Virus record (IMG/VR): IMGVR_UViG_2711768064_000001
Span: 1-37,261 of that record
Direction: 5' to 3' (one strand)
Length of the DNA stretch: 37,261 nt
Origin: a virus
Taxonomy: Duplodnaviria; Heunggongvirae; Uroviricota; Caudoviricetes
Under the pieces are notes generated by a model, which was not told the DNA's origin, ran no database searches, and saw only the letters and a list, made by a program, of their open reading frames with translations. A program made the translations under genes and the position numbers. Every line of letters starts with the position of its first letter. Positions within the stretch are counted from its first letter, which is position 1. Below, in pieces: positions 8,155 through 16,255 of the stretch.

Positions 8155-8952
8155 ATGAATAATCTGATGGTCATTGATGGTATTGAAGTTCGTCGTGATG
8201 CTTATGGGCGTTACAGCCTGAACGATCTGCACAGGGCTGCCGGTTCTCTGGATAAGCATAAGCCTGCATTCTGGCTCCGCAATGAGCAAACTGAACGTTT
8301 AATAAGCGAGTTGCAGATTTGCAACTCGGTCAATATAGAGCCAGTTAACGTTATTCGTGGCGGAAATAACCAGGGGACGTATGTCTGCAAAGAACTGGTG
8401 TATGCCTATGCAATGTGGATCAGCCCGTCATTCCATCTGAAGGTGATCCGTACTTTCGACATGGTAACCAGTGCACCTGAAAAATTATCCGGACAGGCTG
8501 CTGACAAGATGCAGGCTGGCGTGATTCTGCTGGACTTTATGCGCCGGGAGTTAAATCTGTCTAACTCTTCAGTGCTTGGAGCCTGTCAGAAACTTCAGGA
8601 GGCTGTTGGCTTACCGAATCTGGCACCGCGCTATGCCATTGATGCTCCTGCTGATGCACACGATGGCTCAAGTCGCCCGACACTGTCACTGAGTGCACTG
8701 CTGAAACAGTATGGTATCCGCCTGACGGCTAATCAGGCATATCACCAGATGGTGAAGCTGGGGATCGTCGAGCAGCGCGAACGATACAGCCGTACCGCGA
8801 TTAACAACATCAAAAAATTCTGGTCGCTGACAGCGAAAGGTTGCATGTTCGGCAAGAACATCACCAGTCCCGCAAATCCGCGCGAGACGCAGCCGCATTT
8901 CTTCGAATCCCGATTCCCTGAGCTGTTAAAGCTGCTCGATACCGTTCATTGA
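8155..8952 (+). CDS. KilA-N domain protein
   Basis: N-terminal KilA-N-like region; start at ATG 8155 preceded by GAGGAG. Confidence 0.65.
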   Translation: MNNLMVIDGIEVRRDAYGRYSLNDLHRAAGSLDKHKPAFWLRNEQTERLISELQICNSVNIEPVNVIRGGNNQGTYVCKELVYAYAMWISPSFHLKVIRTFDMVTSAPEKLSGQAADKMQAGVILLDFMRRELNLSNSSVLGACQKLQEAVGLPNLAPRYAIDAPADAHDGSSRPTLSLSALLKQYGIRLTANQAYHQMVKLGIVEQRERYSRTAINNIKKFWSLTAKGCMFGKNITSPANPRETQPHFFESRFPELLKLLDTVH

Positions 8953-8953
8953 G

Positions 8954-9949
8954 GTGACCGTGAGAGCACTACTGACCCCTGAAATTGCCCCGCGTATGGG
9001 GATCGTATTGTTCAGACCAGGTTCAGAGTTGATGCCCCTGTTTATGCAGGGGCGTGTCCTGCTGGAGCCTGAGCCGGAACGTTATTCATCTTTCGCCAGT
9101 GGTGCCGTTCCGGCAGCATCACAACCGCTGGCGGATGATCCTGCCGTTCGGGCCGTGTTCCGCAATGAGGCAGTGATCCGTCGTGCTGGTGGCGTGGAAT
9201 GTCTTGAAAGCTGGTTACTTCGTGAAAAGGGCTGTCAGTGGCCTCATTCCAACTGGCACAGCGAGAACATGACCACAATGCGACACGCTCCGGGCGCAAT
9301 CCGTCTGTGCTGGCACTGCGATAACCAGCTGCGCGATCAGTTCACGGAACGGCTGGAATCAATGGCAACGGATAACTGTGCCCGCTGGGTGTTATCTGTT
9401 GTGCGCCGTGATCTCGGTTTTGATGATAGTCACGTTGTGACAATGCCGGAACTGTGCTGGTGGCTGATTCGTAATGAACTGGCGGATGCCTTACCGGAAA
9501 GTGCAGCCCGTAAGGCACTGAGATTACCGAAGCCTGTTGTGCCGTCTGTCACCCGGGAAAGTGACCTTGTGCCTTCGATTCCTGCCACCAGCATCATCCA
9601 GGATAAAGCGAAAAAGGTGCTGGCGCTGAAAGTGGATCCGGAGTCGCCGGAGTCTTTTATGTTACGCCCAAAACGTCGCCGCTGGGTTAATGAAAAGTAC
9701 ACGCGCTGGGTTAAGACACAGCCGTGTGCATGTTGTGGAAAGCCCGCTGATGATCCCCACCACCTGATAGGCCACGGTCAGTGTGGAATGGGTACAAAAG
9801 CGCATGACCTTTTTGTGTTGCCTTTGTGCAGAAAGCATCACGACGAGCTGCATGCGGATACCGTGGCATTTGAAGAGAGGTATGGCTCCCAGCTGGAGCT
9901 GATATTTCGTTTTATCGATCGTGCGCTGGCAATTGGCGTGCTGGCCTGA
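8954..9949 (+). CDS. DUF968 family protein (YdfU-like)
   Basis: GTG start; C-terminal Cys/His-rich segment CACCGKPADDPHHLIGHGQCG...CRKHHDELH. Confidence 0.6.
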   Translation: MTVRALLTPEIAPRMGIVLFRPGSELMPLFMQGRVLLEPEPERYSSFASGAVPAASQPLADDPAVRAVFRNEAVIRRAGGVECLESWLLREKGCQWPHSNWHSENMTTMRHAPGAIRLCWHCDNQLRDQFTERLESMATDNCARWVLSVVRRDLGFDDSHVVTMPELCWWLIRNELADALPESAARKALRLPKPVVPSVTRESDLVPSIPATSIIQDKAKKVLALKVDPESPESFMLRPKRRRWVNEKYTRWVKTQPCACCGKPADDPHHLIGHGQCGMGTKAHDLFVLPLCRKHHDELHADTVAFEERYGSQLELIFRFIDRALAIGVLA

Positions 9950-9966
9950 TTTTGTGGAGAAAGTTG

Positions 9967-10341
9967 ATGCGTGATATTCAAATGGTTCTGGATCGTTGGG
10001 GAGCATGGGCGGCGAGTGATAGTTCAGGAGTAGACTATTCTCCTATAGCTGCTGGGTTTAAAGGGCTTCTTCCCTATACAAGCAAAACACGTCAGGCTTG
10101 TTCAGATAGTGATGCATTAATTATTGAAGGTTGTCTTGCTCTTCTTAAAAAGCGAAAACCGTACGAGCATTCTTTGATTGTGGCCCATTACCTGTATGGC
10201 ATCTCGAAAAGAAAGCTTGCAAGAGCTCGCAAAAAAGATGAGAAATTGATACGTATTGAAATGCAGATGGCTGAAGGGTTCATCGATGGTTGCCTTTCTA
10301 TGCTAGACATAACACTAGATATGGATGTTGAGATAAGTTAA
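9967..10341 (+). CDS. Late-gene antiterminator Q (Phage_antitermQ family)
   Basis: Start MRDIQMVLDRWGAWAA with GGAG RBS; located upstream of lysis genes. Confidence 0.7.
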   Translation: MRDIQMVLDRWGAWAASDSSGVDYSPIAAGFKGLLPYTSKTRQACSDSDALIIEGCLALLKKRKPYEHSLIVAHYLYGISKRKLARARKKDEKLIRIEMQMAEGFIDGCLSMLDITLDMDVEIS

Positions 10342-10415
10342 TTTATGCTCTGAAGTGTATACCCATGATGAGACTATATTTGTATCATGGGTATTCATAT
10401 ATACAGGAGGGTAAT

Positions 10416-11264
10416 ATGTCAAATAGGATATTTGATGCACTATACCGTGAGAAAATAGATATTTTTAAAAATTCTTTTTCCGCAACTTCAACTGAAGTTT
10501 TTTATGATCCTGAAAACAATCGTCTTATTCATGCTGGTGAATATGGAATATATCGTGAGTCGGTAGTAAGGGATTTTTTGAACTTTATAGTTCCTCAGCG
10601 ACTTGCTATATCTAATGGTTTTTTAATGTCCGCGATGGATGACATTAGCACGCAGTGTGATGTTGTTATTTTTGATTCTAAAATGACACCACTTTTTCAA
10701 GGTGGAGATAAACATAGGTTTTTCCCAATTGAATCTGTTTACTGCATTGGTGAGGTTAAGTCAAATTTATCTCGCGCTGCTTTTCGAGACGCCATTAACA
10801 AACTGGCGAAAAATAAAGCAATCGCCGAGAGAATAAAAAACCCTTCATTAAGTTTTAACTCTAGCAGTTTTAACTTTGATCCGGAAAACAACCCTTTTCA
10901 TGTTTATTCTAGCATATTGATCTGTAAGAAGCTTGATTTTGATATAAGCAATATAGAAAATGAACTAGATAATCTTTACTCTGATGAAATACAATTTAGG
11001 CATAGGCATAACCTAATCCTTAGTATCGAAGATGGGCTTCTTGCCTATTCAGCCCCGGATGGAGTGAAACTTCCATTCCCGATGCTTCGCCAGCAAAACT
11101 TTAAAAGTTGCTTCTTGACTCCAAAAGATGATGAATATTTCCACATGAAGTTTTTCGGTACATTTATGTTTATGTTAACCTCTGGTAAAATTTCCTTATA
11201 TCCTGAGTTCTCCGATTATATTTCACCAGTTCAAAATGGTGGAAGTGCTAGGGTTCAACTATGA
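10416..11264 (+). CDS. AT-rich moron protein with PD-(D/E)xK-like motif; candidate nuclease / defence protein
   Basis: 282 aa; ATG 10416 with AGGAGGG RBS; motif CDVVIFD...x26...ESVYCIGEVKS; flanked by hairpin upstream and terminator downstream. Confidence 0.65.
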   Translation: MSNRIFDALYREKIDIFKNSFSATSTEVFYDPENNRLIHAGEYGIYRESVVRDFLNFIVPQRLAISNGFLMSAMDDISTQCDVVIFDSKMTPLFQGGDKHRFFPIESVYCIGEVKSNLSRAAFRDAINKLAKNKAIAERIKNPSLSFNSSSFNFDPENNPFHVYSSILICKKLDFDISNIENELDNLYSDEIQFRHRHNLILSIEDGLLAYSAPDGVKLPFPMLRQQNFKSCFLTPKDDEYFHMKFFGTFMFMLTSGKISLYPEFSDYISPVQNGGSARVQL

Positions 11265-11419
11265 ACTTATTTAAAGATTGAATATAATAATGATTCTTTA
11301 TAGATGTCGAGCTGCATCTAATCTGGTAAAAAAGAATAAGAAATCCCTAGCGCGGTCCGCAAATCTTGTTGTACTGTGTTAAGATTGGTCACTTGGACAC
11401 GTACTTAAAAGATTTTAAA

Positions 11420-11441
11420 CCTCGCTTTGGCGGGGTTTTTT
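11420..11441 (+). terminator. Rho-independent terminator
   Basis: Stem CCTCGC/GCGGGG (one G-U), loop TTTG, T-run 11436-11441. Confidence 0.55.
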
Positions 11442-11488
11442 GCTTTATGGTGGTATTCATAACAGGCACCTAAATGAAAGGAGACTCC

Positions 11489-11710
11489 ATGGGGTTTTAT
11501 TACGTTTACCAGCATAAAGAAGAAGGTTTGGAAGTTGAGAAGCATCTTGTTGTTTCAGAAGAGTATCTTGATAGAGATAGCGCTAAAATGGCAAGGTTTA
11601 AGCATAGACTCAATGATAGGGGATGTGTATTCTCAGAAATTATTGAAGCCCCATCACCGCAAGAAGTGCTTCAAAAGGTACAGCCGGAATTGATGAGCCA
11701 CTGGATATAA
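11489..11710 (+). CDS. Hypothetical small protein (73 aa) in Q-lysis moron island
   Basis: ATG 11489 preceded by AAGGAG; AT-rich; own terminator downstream. Confidence 0.45.
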   Translation: MGFYYVYQHKEEGLEVEKHLVVSEEYLDRDSAKMARFKHRLNDRGCVFSEIIEAPSPQEVLQKVQPELMSHWI

Positions 11711-11732
11711 AAAAACTAACATCCAAATGTCG

Positions 11733-11755
11733 AGGTCGCTTATGCGGCCTTTTTT
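11733..11755 (+). terminator. Rho-independent terminator
   Basis: Stem AGGTCGC/GCGGCCT, loop TTAT, T-run; same stem as the terminator at 14642. Confidence 0.6.
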
Positions 11756-11802
11756 ATTCCCCTCATTCCTGAGAGGATTCACAGCAATTAAGAGGGGGCT
11801 AA

Positions 11803-12189
11803 ATGTCCGATCCGATTTCCGGTACTGGGCTGGCTGGTGGTGTCCTGACGGGGGCCAGCGTCTATGGATTTCTGTCCGGAACCGATTACGGCGTGGTCTT
11901 TGGCGCGTTTGCCGGGGCTGTATTTTACATTGCCACCACAGCGGACCTGAGTGCAGCGCGCCGTCTGGCATATTTTCTGGTGTCGTATATTGCGGGGATC
12001 CTTTGTTCCGGGCTGGTGGGTTCAAAGCTGGCTCAGGTTACTGGCTACAGTGATAAACCACTGGATGCCATTGGTGCCGTAATCGTTTCTGCTTTAGCCG
12101 TCAAAATCCTGACGTTCCTGAATAATCAGGATGTTGGCTCGCTGGTGGCGCTGATAACGCGCCGGGGAGGTTCAGGTGGTACTAAATGA
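11803..12189 (+). CDS. Holin
   Basis: 128 aa with three hydrophobic segments, first gene of lysis cassette. Confidence 0.7.
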   Translation: MSDPISGTGLAGGVLTGASVYGFLSGTDYGVVFGAFAGAVFYIATTADLSAARRLAYFLVSYIAGILCSGLVGSKLAQVTGYSDKPLDAIGAVIVSALAVKILTFLNNQDVGSLVALITRRGGSGGTK

Positions 12190-12457
12190 CCCATCGGCAA
12201 CTATCAATGCGTTACTCTGCGCTGGGGTAGTGCTGACCCTGATGTTTTACCGTCGCGGCGATTCGCGACATCGACCGTGGATATCTCGCTTAGCTTGGCT
12301 GCTTACGGTCATTTATAGCGCCGTACCGCTGGCGTATCTGTGCGGTATCTACCCTTATTCATCTTGGGCCACTATCGGGGCCAACATTATTTTCCTGTCT
12401 GTGCTTGTCGCCGTCAGAGGCAACGTAGCGCGGCTGGTTGATCATCTGAGGCACTAA
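12176..12457 (+). CDS. Second holin-like / antiholin-like membrane protein
   Basis: 93 aa, two hydrophobic segments, between holin and endolysin. Confidence 0.5.
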   Translation: MVLNDPSATINALLCAGVVLTLMFYRRGDSRHRPWISRLAWLLTVIYSAVPLAYLCGIYPYSSWATIGANIIFLSVLVAVRGNVARLVDHLRH

Positions 12458-12999
12458 TGACTAAAGACGATATCTTCAATGCCATCCTTGGCAAAGAGGG
12501 CGGCTATGTTAACCATCCCGACGATAAAGGCGGCCCAACGAATTGGGGTATCACTCAGGCAACGGCGCGGGCACATGGGTATGTAGGAGATATGCGCGAT
12601 CTCACCCGCCAGCAGGCGCTGGATATTCTGACGGCTGACTACTGGACAGGCCCGCGATTCGACCTTATTTCTGAGGTGTCACCAGCCATCGCCGCTGAAC
12701 TCTGCGACACGGGCGTAAACATGGGGCCATCGGTTCAGACCAAGTGGTTTCAGCGCTGGCTGAACGTGTTCAACATTCAGGGCACGCTCTATCCCGAACT
12801 GATTGCGGATGGTTTTATAGGTCCGCGAACTGTTAGTGCGCTAAAAAGTTACCTATCTCGACGCGGGAAAGAAGGAGAGCTGGTAATGCTCCGGGCTCTG
12901 AATTGCAGCCAGGGTCAACGTTATCTTGAACTGGCAGAACAGCGCAGCGCGAACGAGACGTTTGTTTATGGCTGGGTAAAGGAGCGGGTGGTTATATGA
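12457..12999 (+). CDS. Endolysin, glycoside hydrolase family 108 with peptidoglycan-binding domain
   Basis: N-terminal GGYVNHPDDKGGPTNWGIT motif typical of GH108 lysozymes. Confidence 0.85.
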   Translation: MTKDDIFNAILGKEGGYVNHPDDKGGPTNWGITQATARAHGYVGDMRDLTRQQALDILTADYWTGPRFDLISEVSPAIAAELCDTGVNMGPSVQTKWFQRWLNVFNIQGTLYPELIADGFIGPRTVSALKSYLSRRGKEGELVMLRALNCSQGQRYLELAEQRSANETFVYGWVKERVVI

Positions 13000-13265
13000 C
13001 GCTTGAGATGATTATCGGACTCCTTGCAGCTGTTTTAGCTGCTATAGCCGCCGCATTTGGATTAGGCCATTCGCGCGGCACCAGCAAAGCCGAAGCGAAA
13101 GCCAACCAGCAACGCACCGAAGAAAAGGCCGCTGCCACTGAAGCAGTGGCTGAACGCCGGGTAGAGACAACAAAAGGAGCCAGGGGTGTACAGCAGACTG
13201 TTAATCATCTTCCTGATGACGATGTTGACCGTGAGTTGCGCGAAAACTTTACCCGCAAAACCTGA
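12996..13265 (+). CDS. i-spanin (Rz-like)
   Basis: N-terminal TM segment, charged periplasmic region, position after endolysin. Confidence 0.65.
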   Translation: MTLEMIIGLLAAVLAAIAAAFGLGHSRGTSKAEAKANQQRTEEKAAATEAVAERRVETTKGARGVQQTVNHLPDDDVDRELRENFTRKT

Positions 13266-13401
13266 ATTAACGGACACAGCCTGTGACTGGGTGGACATTA
13301 TCTACCTCACTGAACACGATATTGCCGTGCTGGATAAGCAGACGAAGCGGGACATATTGGTGCACAATAAATCAGTGCAGGCTAACTGTGCAAAAAAATA
13401 A
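13186..13401 (+). CDS. o-spanin lipoprotein (Rz1-like), nested/overlapping with i-spanin
   Basis: Signal peptide with lipobox LTVSC; overlapping out-of-frame with i-spanin 3' end. Confidence 0.65.
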   Translation: MYSRLLIIFLMTMLTVSCAKTLPAKPELTDTACDWVDIIYLTEHDIAVLDKQTKRDILVHNKSVQANCAKK

Positions 13402-13508
13402 ATTGAAAATGAGAAATGAAAGTAGTAAATATGTGCCAAGCTGTGATGAAACCAGCAATGAAGCACGTTCATTAATCCGCATTCTCTGAAAAAGAGAAAG
13501 AATTATAA

Positions 13509-13535
13509 GCCTCGGTTTAATACCGGGGCTTTTTT
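13509..13535 (+). terminator. Rho-independent terminator after lysis cassette
   Basis: Stem GCCTCGG/CCGGGGC (one G-U), loop TTTAATA, T-run. Confidence 0.55.
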
Positions 13536-13686
13536 GTATCTGCATTTCACCGCGCACCGCAGCGCATTCAATCACGTCGAACCCAACCTTTTGGAATGAG
13601 CCTTTGAGGAGTTAGTTAGTGCTGGCGAGCCTCGACGGGCTGATCTCCTATGCGGCAAAGGTTCATCTCAAAGTAAGGTATACGCT

Positions 13687-14241
13687 ATGAACTACCCAAC
13701 AGTTGTTAACGGCATCGATTTCCGAGACCTGATTTTTGTAGCAAACAACGATCCGGTTACCGATTCGTTTATGGTGGCGAAAGCATTCGGTAAGCTGTCG
13801 AAAAACGTAGTTCGCGATATTGAACGGACCATAGACGCTTGCCCACCAGAGTTTGATACAAAGCTCAACTTTGAGCTTTGCTATAGAAACAATGAGTTAC
13901 AGAATGGAAAACCGCAGAAATTCTACCGACTCCGCAAGGATGGATTGATGCTTCTTGTCATGTCTTACACCAAGAAAGAAGCCATGCGGATCAAAATTGC
14001 TTACATCAATGCTTTCAATTGGATGTACGCGATGCTTCAAGTTGGCTGGCGTCAGTTTGAAGAAGAACGAAATGCAGTAATGCTGGAGTTCATGAAGGAG
14101 AAGGATGTGGCCAGTATGTCAGGCCGTCTTCTGAATCGTTGGGGTAGGGTGAAGAAGCCCGTCCTACTTGCGAAGATTGAGAGACTCGAAAAGCAAGGAC
14201 AGATCCCACTTCTCGGATTAACCAAAGCACTCACCGAATAA
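13687..14241 (+). CDS. Rha family phage regulatory protein
   Basis: N-terminal DSFMVAKAFGK...NVVRDIER matches Rha (Phage_pRha) signature. Confidence 0.7.
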   Translation: MNYPTVVNGIDFRDLIFVANNDPVTDSFMVAKAFGKLSKNVVRDIERTIDACPPEFDTKLNFELCYRNNELQNGKPQKFYRLRKDGLMLLVMSYTKKEAMRIKIAYINAFNWMYAMLQVGWRQFEEERNAVMLEFMKEKDVASMSGRLLNRWGRVKKPVLLAKIERLEKQGQIPLLGLTKALTE

Positions 14242-14370
14242 AGGTTTCCATGAGCAGCCTTTTTTGTACCCATTACAAAGCTCATCTGCGGGTGGGCTTG
14301 ATAATGGGTATTGAATGTAAAAATACGTCAGACATAATGATACATCCTTATTGCTGACGGAAAATTGTAA

Positions 14371-14622
14371 ATGTCTGATAACTTTGATTTCGATGATGAA
14401 CGTAAACAGCTTGAGCACTTGAGTGATGAAGAGTTGGAGCAGGTAGCTAGGGATTACGATCTTCTTCCTGAAGGGGTATCTCTTGAAGATAAGTCTGTAG
14501 AATTTGTTGATGGCCTTATAGGTGAGATTATAGAGGCTAAGGCTTACCATGATTCACAAGATGCAGAATGGAACGAACAACAAGATATCATGGAAGAGCA
14601 AAGGCGTGATGCAGACTACTGA
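14371..14622 (+). CDS. Highly acidic small protein (83 aa); DNA-mimic / anti-restriction candidate
   Basis: 28 of 83 residues are D/E by manual count; AT-rich; own terminator. Confidence 0.5.
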   Translation: MSDNFDFDDERKQLEHLSDEELEQVARDYDLLPEGVSLEDKSVEFVDGLIGEIIEAKAYHDSQDAEWNEQQDIMEEQRRDADY

Positions 14623-14641
14623 TTACGCATAATGTTAAACA

Positions 14642-14663
14642 AGGTCGCCAATGCGGCCTTTTT
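14642..14663 (+). terminator. Rho-independent terminator
   Basis: Stem AGGTCGC/GCGGCCT, loop CAAT, T-run. Confidence 0.6.
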
Positions 14664-14820
14664 CGACCGCCGTGAACCATCCGGTTATTGCGCGGCATGA
14701 TGTGTTGCAACTTGACGACTAGCGGCATTACAGCAGGCATTCACTGAGTGTCTGAGATAATGCTGTGATATCCTCAAACATGACGTTTCTTACTTAAAAA
14801 CATAAAGTTGAGGTTTTTAA

Positions 14821-15207
14821 ATGGATTTAGTAACAGTTACTACAAAAGAGCAACTAAAGAAAGCGAAAGAAGATAAGGTAGATGTCATCGTTGTAGAAGG
14901 CGAGCTTGCTGAAAAGCTGAAGCGAAGTAAGAAAGTTGCTATTGCAGCTGCAGGGGTTAGCGGTGTCGCTCTGACAGGTTTGATTGCTGCAATTGCTGCT
15001 GCACCTGCTACAGGTGGCACCTCATTTTTGCTCTATGCTGGTGTCGCAGGAACATCTGCTGCGACCTTTACTGGAATTGAAATTGCCTCAATAATCCTGG
15101 CAGGTTCAATTGGGATTACTCTTCTCGTGGGGATTTTTAAAGATTATGAAGAAATTGAAGCGTCTACATCTGGTGGAATAAAATTAAAACGAAAACAAAA
15201 AGATTAG
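14821..15207 (+). CDS. Small membrane protein with Gly/Ala-rich (glycine-zipper-like) hydrophobic domain
   Basis: 128 aa; soluble charged N-terminus then AIAAAGVSGVALTGLIAAIAAAPATGG...GIEIASIILAGSIGITLLVGIF. Confidence 0.5.
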   Translation: MDLVTVTTKEQLKKAKEDKVDVIVVEGELAEKLKRSKKVAIAAAGVSGVALTGLIAAIAAAPATGGTSFLLYAGVAGTSAATFTGIEIASIILAGSIGITLLVGIFKDYEEIEASTSGGIKLKRKQKD

Positions 15208-15243
15208 AATGAAATAGGCGTTTGCCTGACACTTTATCCCTAA

Positions 15244-15271
15244 GCCACTGGCATCCGCTGGTGGCTTTTTT
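15244..15271 (+). terminator. Rho-independent terminator
   Basis: Stem GCCAC/GTGGC with extended pairing, followed by TTTTTT. Confidence 0.5.
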
Positions 15272-15283
15272 ATTGGAACATAT

Positions 15284-15634
15284 ATGCCGCCAAGAACACC
15301 AAAAGCCTGCCGTGTTCGCGGCTGCCGTTTTACCACAACAGACCCATCTGGCTACTGTGAAAATCACAAAGGCGAGGGCTGGAAATCCTATAAACCGGGA
15401 CAATCCAGACAGCAGCGCGGATATGGATCGAAGTGGGAAGTCATACGAGCCCGCATACTGAAGCGAGACAAAGGGTTGTGTCAGAACCATCTTCGTCAGG
15501 GAGTCGTGAAGCAGGCGTCCTGCGTGGATCACATCAAAGCGAAGGCCCACGGCGGTACTGATGAAGACAGCAACCTTGAAAGCCTGTGCTGGTCGTGTCA
15601 CGCCGCGAAGACTGCGCGTGAGCGGCTCAAGTGA
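15284..15634 (+). CDS. HNH endonuclease (packaging-associated)
   Basis: Cys/His motif CQNH...CVDHIKAKAHGG...CWSCHAAK; immediately upstream of terminase genes. Confidence 0.8.
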   Translation: MPPRTPKACRVRGCRFTTTDPSGYCENHKGEGWKSYKPGQSRQQRGYGSKWEVIRARILKRDKGLCQNHLRQGVVKQASCVDHIKAKAHGGTDEDSNLESLCWSCHAAKTARERLK

Positions 15635-15760
15635 GAATCGGTGTCATCATCATCCAGGGGAGGGGGAGGTCAAATCTCTGTGACCGCGCGCCTTCCGGAC
15701 TGCCCGCCCCATCGTTTTTTTATACCCGCGAAAAATGAAATTTAACCAGGAGTGCCGCAT

Positions 15761-16255
15761 ATGGCTGGAACGGCGGGGCGTTCCGGGCGTCGCCCCAAGC
15801 CAACGGCGCGCAAGGCGCTGGCCGGAAACCCCGGCAAGCGAGCCCTGAACAAAGATGAACCTGTTTTTACGCCCATCAAAGGTGTTGAGCCACCGGAGTG
15901 GTTCGCTGAAGAAGATCTCCCTCTCGCCACGATCATGTGGCAACTGACAACCAAAGAACTCTGCGGTCAGGGCCTGCTGTGCGTGACTGACTTGGCGGTA
16001 CTTGAGCGGTGGTGCGTGGCCTACGAGTTCTGGCGACGTGCCGTGAAAAATATTGCCAGACAGGGCAACACCATCACCGGTGCAATGGGTGGCATGGTCA
16101 AAAATCCGGAGCTGACCGCCAAGAAAGAACAGGAGTCCGAGATGAGCAGCACGGGGGCAATGCTCGGACTCGACCCCAGCAGCCGCCAGCGTCTGATTGG
16201 CCTGGCGGGGCAGAAGAAAGCCACTAACCCGTTTCTGAAAATCATCGAATCATGA
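15761..16255 (+). CDS. Terminase small subunit (P27-like)
   Basis: ATG 15761 after AGGAG; position and size upstream of large terminase. Confidence 0.7.
   Translation: MAGTAGRSGRRPKPTARKALAGNPGKRALNKDEPVFTPIKGVEPPEWFAEEDLPLATIMWQLTTKELCGQGLLCVTDLAVLERWCVAYEFWRRAVKNIARQGNTITGAMGGMVKNPELTAKKEQESEMSSTGAMLGLDPSSRQRLIGLAGQKKATNPFLKIIES

Noticed and set aside
10365-10415. Track start at 10365 for the Q-lysis moron ORF
   Set aside because: That ATG lies inside the upstream hairpin and lacks an RBS; ATG at 10416 has an AGGAGGG RBS at proper spacing.
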